In this document: positions 10,309-18,455 of the stretch, one piece after another
Position numbering within the stretch: the first letter of the stretch is position 1
How the letters are laid out: each line of letters begins with the position of its first letter
From: Apibacter sp.
Lineage (GTDB): Bacteria > Bacteroidota > Bacteroidia > Flavobacteriales > Weeksellaceae
Reading direction: 5' to 3'
Length of the DNA stretch: 64,000 bases
Assembly: GCA_031552575.1 (NCBI GenBank)
Contig: JAVBMH010000014.1
Location: 44,222-108,221, forward strand
Translations under genes and position numbers: made by a program
The notes under the pieces: generated by a model
What the model was told of the DNA's origin: nothing
Database searches by the model: none
Seen by the model: the letters and a program-made list of their open reading frames with translations, nothing else

Positions 10309-11982
10309 TTACCGGATATTTTTTTCCATTAATCGGGAAAGTTTACTGTTTCTTTTTCCATATAGAAAATAAATGGTCAGGCCAATGAACAACCAGACAA
10401 TGAACATTCCCCAGTTAGACCATCCTAATTCAGTCATCAAGTATAGATTGAACAAAATCCCCAAAACAGGAAACAAGGAAAATTTATACTTTAATGAGGC
10501 TATGGATAATCCTAACCAAACCGCCCAAAAGATAAGCAGTAAAGGTTTATCTTCAATAATTCCGACATAATCGGTTTTGGTTAGAAAAACTCCGACTCCA
10601 ATGATAAAAAGGATTAGTATTATATATTGTCCGTTAATAAACGGCATTTTGAATTTTGCCATTTTGGAATATCCTTTATGATCTAAGAATAATACTCCGG
10701 AACAAACCAGAATAAAAGCAAAAAAAGTTCCTACACTCGTCAGATCTACTACTACCTGCATATCGATCATCATGGCAGGAATTCCTACGAATAATCCGGC
10801 TATAATGGTAGCAAATCCGGGAGTATGATATTTTTTATGAATTTTCCCAAAAGGTTTCCAGAGAAGTCCATCACGACTCATTGTCATCCAGATTCTCGGT
10901 TGTCCTACCTGATATACTAAAATGGCTCCGGTCATAGCAATTACGGCACTGATGGAAATAATTCCTGCAATGAAATTCAGGCCTGATTTTCCAAAAACAT
11001 AAGCTAACGGATCATCCACCTTTAATTCTTTATAGTTTACCATTCCGGTCAAAACCAAAGCTATAGCTGCATACAGAACCGTGCAGACAATAATGCAGTA
11101 AATCATGGCGCGGGGCAGATCTCGTTGTGGATTTTTACATTCTTCGGCGGTAGTGGAAATGGAATCGAAACCGATAAAAGCAAAAAATACAGCTGCCACT
11201 CCGCCCATTACTCCACCCACTCCATTGGGCAGGAAAGGTGACCAGTTTTCCGGTTTTACGTAGAAGGTTCCGATTAGAATGATACCTATAATTACAGTTA
11301 GTTTAATCCAGACCAAAGCATTGCTTACTCGAGTAGATTCTTTGATTCCTATGTAGGCAAGAGCCGTTACAAGTAAGGTGATTAGTCCAGCGGGAAGATT
11401 AAACAATATTTTTATTCCTCCGATTTCCGGAGCAGATTGATAGGTTTTTGCCAGTTTTAATACTGAATCGGGAGTTGAAATATTTTTAGCAGTGTTTAGT
11501 TTCATTTCAGAAAAGGCTTTAGCAGCGTTCCAATGATCAATGGCAAGCCAGTCGGGCCAGTGAATACCAAATCCGGCTAACATGGAAGTAAAATATCCCG
11601 ACCAGGAAATGGCAATAACCATATTGGAAACAGCATATTCCAGAATTAAAGCCCAACCAATAGTCCAGGCAAAAATTTCTCCTAAGGAAACATACGCATA
11701 AGTGTAAGCACTTCCGCTAACCGGAATCATGGATGCGAATTGTGCATAACACAGAGCGGTAAAGACACAGGCAATAGCAACAAAGATGAAAAGGAGGGAA
11801 ACTGCAGGGCCGCCTTCAAAAGAAGCCCGCCCAATAGTGCTGAATATTCCGGCACCGATTATAGCAGCAATTCCGAAAAAAGTAAGATCCTTAATACTTA
11901 AAACCTTGTCTAACTGGGATGTTTCACCAATATTTTGTAAATCAGCAATATTTTTTTTCCGGAAAAGAGAATTAAAGTTCAT
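10309..11982 (-). CDS. APC-superfamily amino acid permease (paralog 2)
   Basis: 557 aa, colinear with and highly similar to 8628..10283 over its full length, with long identical blocks such as SGSAYTY, FFAFIGFDSISTTAEE, LGILFNLYLMTELGWSNW. A 25-bp gap separates them, suggesting an operon. Confidence 0.85.
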   Translation of the reverse strand: MNFNSLFRKKNIADLQNIGETSQLDKVLSIKDLTFFGIAAIIGAGIFSTIGRASFEGGPAVSLLFIFVAIACVFTALCYAQFASMIPVSGSAYTYAYVSLGEIFAWTIGWALILEYAVSNMVIAISWSGYFTSMLAGFGIHWPDWLAIDHWNAAKAFSEMKLNTAKNISTPDSVLKLAKTYQSAPEIGGIKILFNLPAGLITLLVTALAYIGIKESTRVSNALVWIKLTVIIGIILIGTFYVKPENWSPFLPNGVGGVMGGVAAVFFAFIGFDSISTTAEECKNPQRDLPRAMIYCIIVCTVLYAAIALVLTGMVNYKELKVDDPLAYVFGKSGLNFIAGIISISAVIAMTGAILVYQVGQPRIWMTMSRDGLLWKPFGKIHKKYHTPGFATIIAGLFVGIPAMMIDMQVVVDLTSVGTFFAFILVCSGVLFLDHKGYSKMAKFKMPFINGQYIILILFIIGVGVFLTKTDYVGIIEDKPLLLIFWAVWLGLSIASLKYKFSLFPVLGILFNLYLMTELGWSNWGMFIVWLFIGLTIYFLYGKRNSKLSRLMEKNIR

Positions 11983-12077
11983 CTATTGTTTTTAAATCTT
12001 ACTAATGCATTGTAAAAAGACAAACAAAAGTAAACTTTTTTTGTAAACCGGAACTTATTGCAGTTAAATCTTGAGCA

Positions 12078-12109
12078 TAAAAAAGCCGCTGTAAAAAATA
12101 TAGCGGCTT
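12078..12109 (-). terminator. Intrinsic terminator downstream of the DUF4136-like lipoprotein gene
   Basis: Hairpin AAGCCGCT...AGCGGCTT (12083-12109), followed on the minus strand by a T-run. Confidence 0.5.
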
Positions 12110-12135
12110 TTAGTTTATTTTAAATTACGAAATGA

Positions 12136-12678
12136 TTATTGATATGATTGGGTTTTAGGTTTTGGAGGATAATACGTAAATATTTTTTGAACGGCTTTGT
12201 TTATTAATGATTCTTTGTCTGAGCCACTACTTACGTCAAGACCGTCTGCAATTCCTTCCCAAACTAAAACATTCTTTTTAGAATCTACCAAATGGATGGT
12301 TAATTTTCCTTCCCGGGTGGTATATACAGTAGTGCTGTTAGGCCATCCGCCATATCCCCATCCTAATGGGCCAACCCAGTAGGGTCCTCCGGTATTGTCC
12401 ACATTTACTACTTTTTGTGAAGAAGCCAATACATTTACTTTCAGATCACCTTCTTCCGTTTCGGTCAATCCTTTTGCTGTTAGTTGTTCTTCTATGGCTC
12501 TGACAATACGATTTTTATCTATATCATTAATTTTCAGGCTATTTATTCCTTCTTTATAAATGCTGAAAGTTTTATATTGGGAAAAATCTACAGTCTTATC
12601 GTAGTCATAAGAAGTAGTCATTGCACAACCTGTAAGTAATAAGGATATTCCGGCTATTAATAAAAGTTTGAATTTCAT
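12136..12678 (-). CDS. Lipoprotein (DUF4136-like)
   Basis: Signal peptide plus lipobox LLLTGCAMTT. The size and beta-rich pattern resemble DUF4136 lipoproteins. Family assignment is by recollection only. Confidence 0.6.
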   Translation of the reverse strand: MKFKLLLIAGISLLLTGCAMTTSYDYDKTVDFSQYKTFSIYKEGINSLKINDIDKNRIVRAIEEQLTAKGLTETEEGDLKVNVLASSQKVVNVDNTGGPYWVGPLGWGYGGWPNSTTVYTTREGKLTIHLVDSKKNVLVWEGIADGLDVSSGSDKESLINKAVQKIFTYYPPKPKTQSYQ

Positions 12679-12839
12679 ATTTTAAAATTTTTTTAAGAGT
12701 GTTATTATTTGAAATTAAAATATCCAATACTATACCAAAGTAATGTAAATAAGAATATTTATGGCAAATTTAATAAAAATTTTCATCATTAAGACTAAAA
12801 ATAAGGAACATTATCTGTTTAGCAATCAATAAAAACATG

Positions 12840-12847
12840 TAACTTTG
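12840..12847 (+). promoter_or_regulatory. Candidate Bacteroidota -7 promoter box (TAACTTTG)
   Basis: Matches the TAnnTTTG consensus 25 nt upstream of the ATG at 12873. No clear -33 TTG. Confidence 0.3.
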
Positions 12848-12872
12848 TGATTCGTGATTATAAAATTATGAT

Positions 12873-13316
12873 ATGAATAATAAGATCATTGCTATAGATT
12901 TTGATGGAACTATTGTAGAAGATAAGTATCCGGAAATAGGAAGACCTATGATTTTTGCTTTTGATACGATGAAGAAACTTCAGACAAAAGGATATCGGTT
13001 GGTACTTTGGACTTATCGCCATGGAGACAGATTACAGGAAGCAATAGAATTTTGCAGAAAGAATGGAGTTGAGTTTTATGCAGTTAATTCCAGCTTTGAA
13101 GGGGAAGTTTTTGAAATGGAAAGCCAAAGCAGAAAAATTCATGCAGATTGTTTTATAGATGATCGGAACTTGGGAGGATTTCCGGGTTGGGGAGAAGTGT
13201 ATGAAATAATAAGAGAAAAGATAGAGTTTACCGTTGAAAATACTCAGGTAATAGCGTATTCAAAAAGGAAACATAAAAAGAAAAAAGGATTTTTTTCGAG
13301 AATTCTGGGAGTATGA
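12873..13316 (+). CDS. HAD-like small hypothetical protein
   Basis: N-terminal DxD motif IAIDFDGTIV typical of HAD phosphatase-like folds. 147 aa. ATGA overlap with map. Confidence 0.55.
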   Translation: MNNKIIAIDFDGTIVEDKYPEIGRPMIFAFDTMKKLQTKGYRLVLWTYRHGDRLQEAIEFCRKNGVEFYAVNSSFEGEVFEMESQSRKIHADCFIDDRNLGGFPGWGEVYEIIREKIEFTVENTQVIAYSKRKHKKKKGFFSRILGV

Positions 13317-14134
13317 TTAAATTAAAAACAAAAGAAGAGATTGAACTGATGTACGAAAGTGCCCAGTTGGTTTCTAAAACGTTAGGTATATTGGCAAAAG
13401 AAGTGAAACCGGGAGTAACTTCTTTATATTTAGATAAACTGGCGGAAGAATTTATCAGGGATCACGGAGCTGTTCCCGGCTTTTTGGGATTATATGATTT
13501 TCCAAACACTCTTTGCATGTCGCCCAATGAGCAGGTAGTTCATGGAATCCCTAACAATAAACCTTTGGAAGAAGGAGAGATTATTTCCATAGATTGTGGT
13601 GCTTTGAAAAACGGTTTTTATGGAGATCAGGCCTATACCTTTGCTGTAGGAGAAGTTTCTCCGGAAATACAGAAAATGATGGAAATTACCAAACAGAGTC
13701 TTTATGCCGGAATTAAGAAATGCAAGGCGGGAAACCGGATAGGAGATGTAAGTTTTGCCATACAATTAGTTTGTGAGAATGCCGGATATGGAGTAGTCAG
13801 GGAATTAGTAGGACACGGATTAGGAAAGGCTATGCACGAAGATCCGCAGGTTCCGAATTATGGACGAAAAGGAAGCGGAGCAAGAATAGAAGAAGGATTG
13901 GTGGTTGCCATAGAACCGATGATCAATCTGGGAACTTACAAAGTAAAATTTCATAATGACGGATGGACGGTAACTACACGGGACGGACAACCTTCCTGCC
14001 ATTTTGAACATGACGTGGCAGTAGTGGACGGACAGCCTCGGTTGCTTACTACTTACAAATATATTTATGAAGCACAGGGAATCGTTTCAAATGAAGAAGA
14101 AGAGTTTTTATACCAACCTTTACATTCCCAATAG
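13313..14134 (+). CDS. map: Type I methionine aminopeptidase
   Basis: Metal-ligand pattern is conserved: ISIDCGALKNGFYGDQAYTF (D, D), VGHGLG (H), AIEPM (E), FEHDV (E). Confidence 0.95.
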   Translation: MIKLKTKEEIELMYESAQLVSKTLGILAKEVKPGVTSLYLDKLAEEFIRDHGAVPGFLGLYDFPNTLCMSPNEQVVHGIPNNKPLEEGEIISIDCGALKNGFYGDQAYTFAVGEVSPEIQKMMEITKQSLYAGIKKCKAGNRIGDVSFAIQLVCENAGYGVVRELVGHGLGKAMHEDPQVPNYGRKGSGARIEEGLVVAIEPMINLGTYKVKFHNDGWTVTTRDGQPSCHFEHDVAVVDGQPRLLTTYKYIYEAQGIVSNEEEEFLYQPLHSQ

Positions 14135-14137
14135 TGA

Positions 14138-14908
14138 ATGAAAAAACTTTTTAAATTTTTTCTCAATTTATTTCCACGTCCACTCTTAATAAAATTCAGT
14201 TATGCCTTTGCTCCTGTAATTTCTCTTCTTTACAGAGGTTCTAAGTTTACGGATCCGATTGACGGAAAATCCTACCGGAAGTTTCTTCCCTATGGATATG
14301 GAAAACCACGGGAAAATGCATTGGCTCCAGGAACTCTTTCACTGGAAAGACATCGTTTGATGTGGCTCTATTTGCAACAGGATACGAATTTCTTCACCGC
14401 TCCACTGAAAGTATTGAGCATTGCTCCGGAACAATGTTTTCTGAAAAGATTTAAAAATCTTAAAAATCTGGATTACATCACAGCAGATTTATATTCTCCG
14501 ATTGTAGATGTGAAAGCGGATATTCTGGATCTGCCCTTTCAGGATAATGAGTTTGACGTGATTTTTTGCAATCATGTGTTGGAACATATTGAAGAGGATG
14601 CCAAAGCCATGTCTGAATTATACCGGGTAATGAAACCCGGAGGCTGGGGAATCTTTCAGGTTCCGATGAGGTATAGCCTCGAAAAAACTTATGAAGATTT
14701 TTCGATTACGGATAAAGAAGAACGAAAGAAGCATTTCGGGCAATACGACCATGTTCGCTGGTATGGACTGGATTATTTTGACCGTTTGGCAAAAGCTGGA
14801 TTTCAGGTAGAACAAGTAAAATATTATGAAACTTTGCCTAAAGAAGAAATAGAACGTTATGCTCTTTCTAAAAACGAAATACTTCCGGTGGTGAGGAAAC
14901 CAAAATAA
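14138..14908 (+). CDS. Class I SAM-dependent methyltransferase
   Basis: 256 aa. Methyltransferase type-11-like region (VIFCNHVLEHIEEDAKAMSELYRVMKPGGWGIF). Confidence 0.75.
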   Translation: MKKLFKFFLNLFPRPLLIKFSYAFAPVISLLYRGSKFTDPIDGKSYRKFLPYGYGKPRENALAPGTLSLERHRLMWLYLQQDTNFFTAPLKVLSIAPEQCFLKRFKNLKNLDYITADLYSPIVDVKADILDLPFQDNEFDVIFCNHVLEHIEEDAKAMSELYRVMKPGGWGIFQVPMRYSLEKTYEDFSITDKEERKKHFGQYDHVRWYGLDYFDRLAKAGFQVEQVKYYETLPKEEIERYALSKNEILPVVRKPK

Positions 14909-14944
14909 TAAAAAAAGATAAAATGAAAAAAATTATGAACACGA

Positions 14945-15140
14945 TTTCTAAATCGGCCTCTGAGCAAATGCGTCAGAAAAACGAGAAGAAAAAGTGTTAA
15001 AAAATATTTATGTTTGAGCAGAGCGAGTTCAAATATTTTAGTTTTTTCGTTGAGTTTTTCAAGCTAAATTTGCTCACAGCTTTGAGTTTTTCTTCCTTTT
15101 TTATCAAGAAAAAAGGAAATATATCTAATAATCAAATGTT
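14945..15140. repeat. Dispersed palindromic intergenic repeat, copy A (~190 bp)
   Basis: About 90% identical by eye to 45186..45381. Internally an imperfect long inverted repeat (TGAGCAAAT...ATTTGCTCA) followed by a perfect 10-bp hairpin TTCCTTTTTT-ATCAAG-AAAAAAGGAA. Confidence 0.85.
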
Positions 15141-15184
15141 ATACTCGATAATTATATCGAACTCACGTTAATATACTAAGTAAA

Positions 15185-15736
15185 ATGAGTCATTCCTCAA
15201 AACCCGAAAAATTAAAATTAGAAGCCCTCGGCAGAAAATCTGTGGAAGAATTTAAGGAAAGTGATAAAATTCCGGTAGTAGTAATATTAGACAATGTCCG
15301 TTCCATGCACAATGTAGGTTCCGTATTCCGTACTTCCGATGCATTTTCTTTGCAAAAGATATATCTGTGTGGAATCACTCCACGTCCGCCTCATAGGGAA
15401 ATTCAGAAAACCGCTTTAGGAGCTACCGAAAGTGTAGAATGGGAATATAAAGAATCCATTTCCGAATTACTAAATTCTTTAAAAAAAGAAGAATATATCT
15501 TGATAGGAGTAGAACAGGTAACCGGAAGTGTTCTGTTACAAGATTACAAAATAGATCCGAATCAAAAATATGCGCTGATTTTGGGAAACGAAGTAGAAGG
15601 AATCAGCGAAGAAATCTTAAATCAGATAGACACATTTGTGGAAATTCCTCAGTCCGGAACCAAACATTCTCTGAATGTAAGTGTTTGTGCCGGAATTATC
15701 CTTTGGGAATGGTTTAGGGCTTTTTCAATGAAATGA
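15185..15736 (+). CDS. SpoU/TrmH-family RNA 2'-O-methyltransferase
   Basis: 183 aa. SpoU motifs NVGSVFRTSDAF, LILGNEVEGIS, IPQSGTKHSLNVSVCAGIILWE. Confidence 0.85.
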   Translation: MSHSSKPEKLKLEALGRKSVEEFKESDKIPVVVILDNVRSMHNVGSVFRTSDAFSLQKIYLCGITPRPPHREIQKTALGATESVEWEYKESISELLNSLKKEEYILIGVEQVTGSVLLQDYKIDPNQKYALILGNEVEGISEEILNQIDTFVEIPQSGTKHSLNVSVCAGIILWEWFRAFSMK

Positions 15737-15795
15737 TATGCCAATGAAACAATTTGCCGATAAGTAGAAAAAAGAAGATAGAAAAAAGTCTTAAA

Positions 15796-15845
15796 AATTA
15801 AGAGCTATTGGCCATCAGCCAATAGCTCTTAATTTTCTTTTTTAC
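15796..15845 (+). terminator. Strong intrinsic terminator after the SpoU-family gene
   Basis: 17-bp perfect stem AATTAAGAGCTATTGGC / GCCAATAGCTCTTAATT with a 5-nt loop, followed by TTTCTTTTTT. Confidence 0.75.
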
Positions 15846-16327
15846 ATTTTACAAGATAGAAGTTTCCTAAAAGCTATCAGCTAATAGCTATTGACTTTTA
15901 AAATTATTTTACTTTACTATTCAGTAATTTTGCCAGCTCTTTTCCTGTCATAGCGTATCCTTCAGATATGATGGTGTTCCTGTGCATAGCATAGCTTTTT
16001 CCCGGAGCTTTTTCACAGGTTATGGTTAATAATACATTATTATGATTATTAGAATCAACAAATTTTAAAGTAGTACTTATATAGGGGTTATTTAGATATA
16101 TAGAAAGTGAAGAAAAAGAAAAAAGCCAAAAAAAGCCGATAAATACAAGGGTTTGGACGAAATAATTGGAATTTTTTGATTTCTTGATTTCGTTGAAAAA
16201 CTACCATTTCTATCATTTTACTATCATTCGACTTCTATTGGTAATATGTTTTTACTGTTCAAAACCTGTAAAACTACCATTTAAAACTACTTTTTGATAT
16301 TTAAAGTAACATTTCTTAATTTTGTAT

Positions 16328-16510
16328 ATGGCTAAAAAGCAAACCACAGAAGAAAGATATAAACAAGTAAAACAGGAACATGAAAAGCTTCTGAATGTTA
16401 CTGAGTTAGGAGTACAGAAATATTCTGACAATTACATAATTAGAGTGCTTGCTCAAAAGTTTTTCTATTCTCCTAAAACAATTGAAAAAATCATTTATTC
16501 AAGAATTTAA
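16328..16510 (+). CDS. Small hypothetical protein (possible HTH)
   Basis: ORF track 16322..16510 uses a TTG start; the ATG at 16328 is preferred. The C-terminal IIRVLAQKFFYSPKTIEKII looks like a short HTH. Followed by hairpin GCGGCTT...AAGCCGC (16521-16540). Confidence 0.4.
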   Translation: MAKKQTTEERYKQVKQEHEKLLNVTELGVQKYSDNYIIRVLAQKFFYSPKTIEKIIYSRI

Positions 16511-16684
16511 TATAAAAAAAGCGGCTTTTGAATAAGCCGCAGTGTGTAAGAGATATTCTTGGATTTACCCGCGAACTTAATTACACTTTACAAAATTACA
16601 AATTTTTCACTATAATTCCTAAATATACATTGATAATTAAGTTATATCCATACTAATCATACTTAATTTTATATAATTATTGCA

Positions 16685-16692
16685 TATATTTG
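16685..16692 (+). promoter_or_regulatory. Candidate -7 promoter box (TATATTTG)
   Basis: TAnnTTTG match 9 nt upstream of the ATG at 16701. It lies inside the TTG-started extension of the ORF track, which argues for the shorter CDS. Confidence 0.3.
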
Positions 16693-16700
16693 ATAAAAAA

Positions 16701-16991
16701 ATGGACGGAATATTTATATTTTTATTATGGGTTCTTTCTTGTTGGATTGTAGGGTGGTTAGGTAGTACAAGAACTATTGGTTATGGATGGTCTGTTGTTT
16801 TAGCGGTTTTTCTAACACCTATTATAGCCTTAATTATTGTATTATTTTCAAAAAAGAAAAATCAAGAACTACTTGAAAAAGACATTAATACTACACAATA
16901 CTTATCTAATTTATTTGATTTAAAAGAAAAAGGGGCTATAAGTGAGGAAGAGTACAACAAACTTAAAAAGAGCTTTTTAAATAAAAAATAA
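16701..16991 (+). CDS. Small membrane protein with C-terminal SHOCT domain
   Basis: Two hydrophobic segments (IFIFLLWVLSCWIVGWL, WSVVLAVFLTPIIALIIVLF), then the SHOCT-like motif GAISEEEYNKLKKSFL. Confidence 0.6.
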   Translation: MDGIFIFLLWVLSCWIVGWLGSTRTIGYGWSVVLAVFLTPIIALIIVLFSKKKNQELLEKDINTTQYLSNLFDLKEKGAISEEEYNKLKKSFLNKK

Positions 16992-17146
16992 GCTAAAAAG
17001 ACATGTTGTTATTTTATAATATTTTATTCTTCATCATATAAATTAACAAATTTCCTTATTTAGTAGGTGACCAAACAAGAGTAATTCATATTGACATATC
17101 TGATTAAAAGCATAAATTTTATAAAATATTATACTCAAAAAAGTAA

Positions 17147-17207
17147 TTAGGTTACCTTTTGGGTTACCATTTTTCATAATAAAAAAACAAAATTTAGGTT
17201 ACCTTTT
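17147..17207 (+). repeat. Three direct copies of (TTA)GGTTACC(T/A)TTT
   Basis: TTAGGTTACCTTTT at 17147-17160 and 17194-17207; GGGTTACCATTTT at 17161-17174. Located just outside the 3' end of the leftward regulator gene. Confidence 0.7.
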
Positions 17208-17231
17208 AGTATTATAAACATGTATTAAAAA

Positions 17232-17969
17232 TTAAATACGATTCACACCTAATTTTTCATAAATATGAGTACAATATATTTCGTCAGTCCAATTAAAAAG
17301 TCTATCATATTTTTCAAGTAAGGCTGAATATTTATTGCTACCTCGGAAAATCCAAGATAATTTTTCACATGCTTTATAAAACACTAATTGATTTAATATT
17401 TTTATAGCTTCATTAATATCCATTGGAATATGGCTATCTTTTAAGAAATTATGTAGTTCCTTTTGACCAATAGGGGAATAATAGGTATATATACTCATTC
17501 CATTAGAATTATTTTCTTTCATAGAAAATTCTTTTAAAAAATAATCTGAAATATTTATCCCTAATTTATTTTTTGTTTTATCATGTAGGTCAATTATATA
17601 TTTTTTATTTCCTGCATCAATAAATATATGATCTAAATTCAATTCAAACACATATATTGATGAAAAAAAATTATATATAGCTGCAAATAGTGCTGTGTCA
17701 AATAATTCAAGTTCATTTATAATCATTTCCGCAATAGTAGTAACTGTCTGGACTTCATTATTCAATAATGCAGAATCTTCTTTGTTATCAGAATTAGTAA
17801 TTTCAATAAAATCATTTTCAGAATAATACTCATTATAAGTATATGATTTGACTTTTGTGTTTTGTCTATTAGCTGTAACTAAAAGATAAATACTATAATA
17901 TTTCACACCATTAATATTATAAGGCTTTAGATTGGTATTTAAAAAATGTTTAACAGTTATTTTCCCCAT
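17232..17969 (-). CDS. Hypothetical protein, putative prophage repressor-position gene with integrase-arm-like N-terminus
   Basis: 245 aa, divergent from the Ner-like gene across an operator-bearing spacer. The N-terminus ITVKHFLNTNLKPYNINGVKYYSIYLLVTANRQNTKVKS resembles the Arm DNA-binding beta-sheet of Bacteroidota integrases. No recombinase R..HxxR..Y motifs were seen. Confidence 0.45.
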   Translation of the reverse strand: MGKITVKHFLNTNLKPYNINGVKYYSIYLLVTANRQNTKVKSYTYNEYYSENDFIEITNSDNKEDSALLNNEVQTVTTIAEMIINELELFDTALFAAIYNFFSSIYVFELNLDHIFIDAGNKKYIIDLHDKTKNKLGINISDYFLKEFSMKENNSNGMSIYTYYSPIGQKELHNFLKDSHIPMDINEAIKILNQLVFYKACEKLSWIFRGSNKYSALLEKYDRLFNWTDEIYCTHIYEKLGVNRI

Positions 17970-18009
17970 AAATTATTGATTTTTAATATATTGATATATT
18001 TGCATAGAA

Positions 18010-18017
18010 CAAATGTA
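18010..18017 (-). promoter_or_regulatory. Candidate -7 box for the leftward regulator gene (TACATTTG on minus strand)
   Basis: Plus-strand CAAATGTA is the reverse complement of TAnnTTTG, 40 nt upstream of the start at 17969. Confidence 0.3.
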
Positions 18018-18038
18018 TTAAAATATTTAGTCAAACAT
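18012..18038. promoter_or_regulatory. Operator-like site A (degenerate palindrome AATGTATTAAA-N5-TAGTCAAACAT)
   Basis: Its right half is identical to the half-site of the perfect palindrome at 18121-18148. Confidence 0.5.
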
Positions 18039-18120
18039 AAATTTAATTTTTCAAAAAACATTTATATTCCTTTAAATCAGATAATTAAACATATATAACT
18101 AAAAGTATTTTAATATTTTT

Positions 18121-18148
18121 AATGTTTGACTAATTTTAGTCAAACATT
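18121..18148. promoter_or_regulatory. Operator-like site B (perfect palindrome AATGTTTGACTA-ATTT-TAGTCAAACATT)
   Basis: 12-bp perfect inverted repeat with a 4-bp spacer, immediately upstream of the -7 box at 18154. Confidence 0.6.
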
Positions 18149-18153
18149 TTGTA

Positions 18154-18161
18154 TATATTTG
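18154..18161 (+). promoter_or_regulatory. Candidate -7 box of the rightward early promoter (TATATTTG)
   Basis: TAnnTTTG match 27 nt upstream of the ATG at 18188. Confidence 0.35.
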
Positions 18162-18187
18162 CATATATATTTTTAAAATATTTCATT

Positions 18188-18406
18188 ATGGACTTACAAA
18201 AAATTAGGAAAGAATTACCACATGGAGCAATACAAAAGATAGCAAAAACAGTGGGAGTTAGTTCTGGAACTATAACTCAATATTTTAAAGGAACTATAAA
18301 ACCAGTAAAAACAGCAGAAATATTAGAGGAGGCTTTAAAAATTATAAAAAAGAAAAAAGAAAGAGAAAATAAAGTAATGGAAGAAATTAAAATGCTATTA
18401 CCATAA
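18188..18406 (+). CDS. Small HTH DNA-binding protein (Ner-position)
   Basis: ORF track 18149..18406 uses a TTG start that overlaps the promoter; the ATG at 18188 is preferred. HTH GAIQKIAKTVGVSSGTITQYFKG. Paralog of 23339..23548. Confidence 0.6.
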   Translation: MDLQKIRKELPHGAIQKIAKTVGVSSGTITQYFKGTIKPVKTAEILEEALKIIKKKKERENKVMEEIKMLLP

Positions 18407-18455
18407 TTAGGATAGATAAATAATAAATTAATGTTTTAAAAATAATACAAAACAA

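Noticed and set aside
14923-15000. 25-codon ORF (MKKIMNTISKSASEQMRQKNEKKKC) running into repeat copy A.
   Set aside because: The equivalent frame in copy B (45186-) is closed by stop codons, so the repeat is not conserved as coding sequence.
15904-16200. Minus-strand open frame of about 98 codons ending in ...GYAMTGKELAKLLNSKVK*.
   Set aside because: It has no ATG/GTG/TTG start in frame except two internal Met giving 27 aa or less. I treat it as a possible gene remnant (mentioned in a finding), not as a feature.
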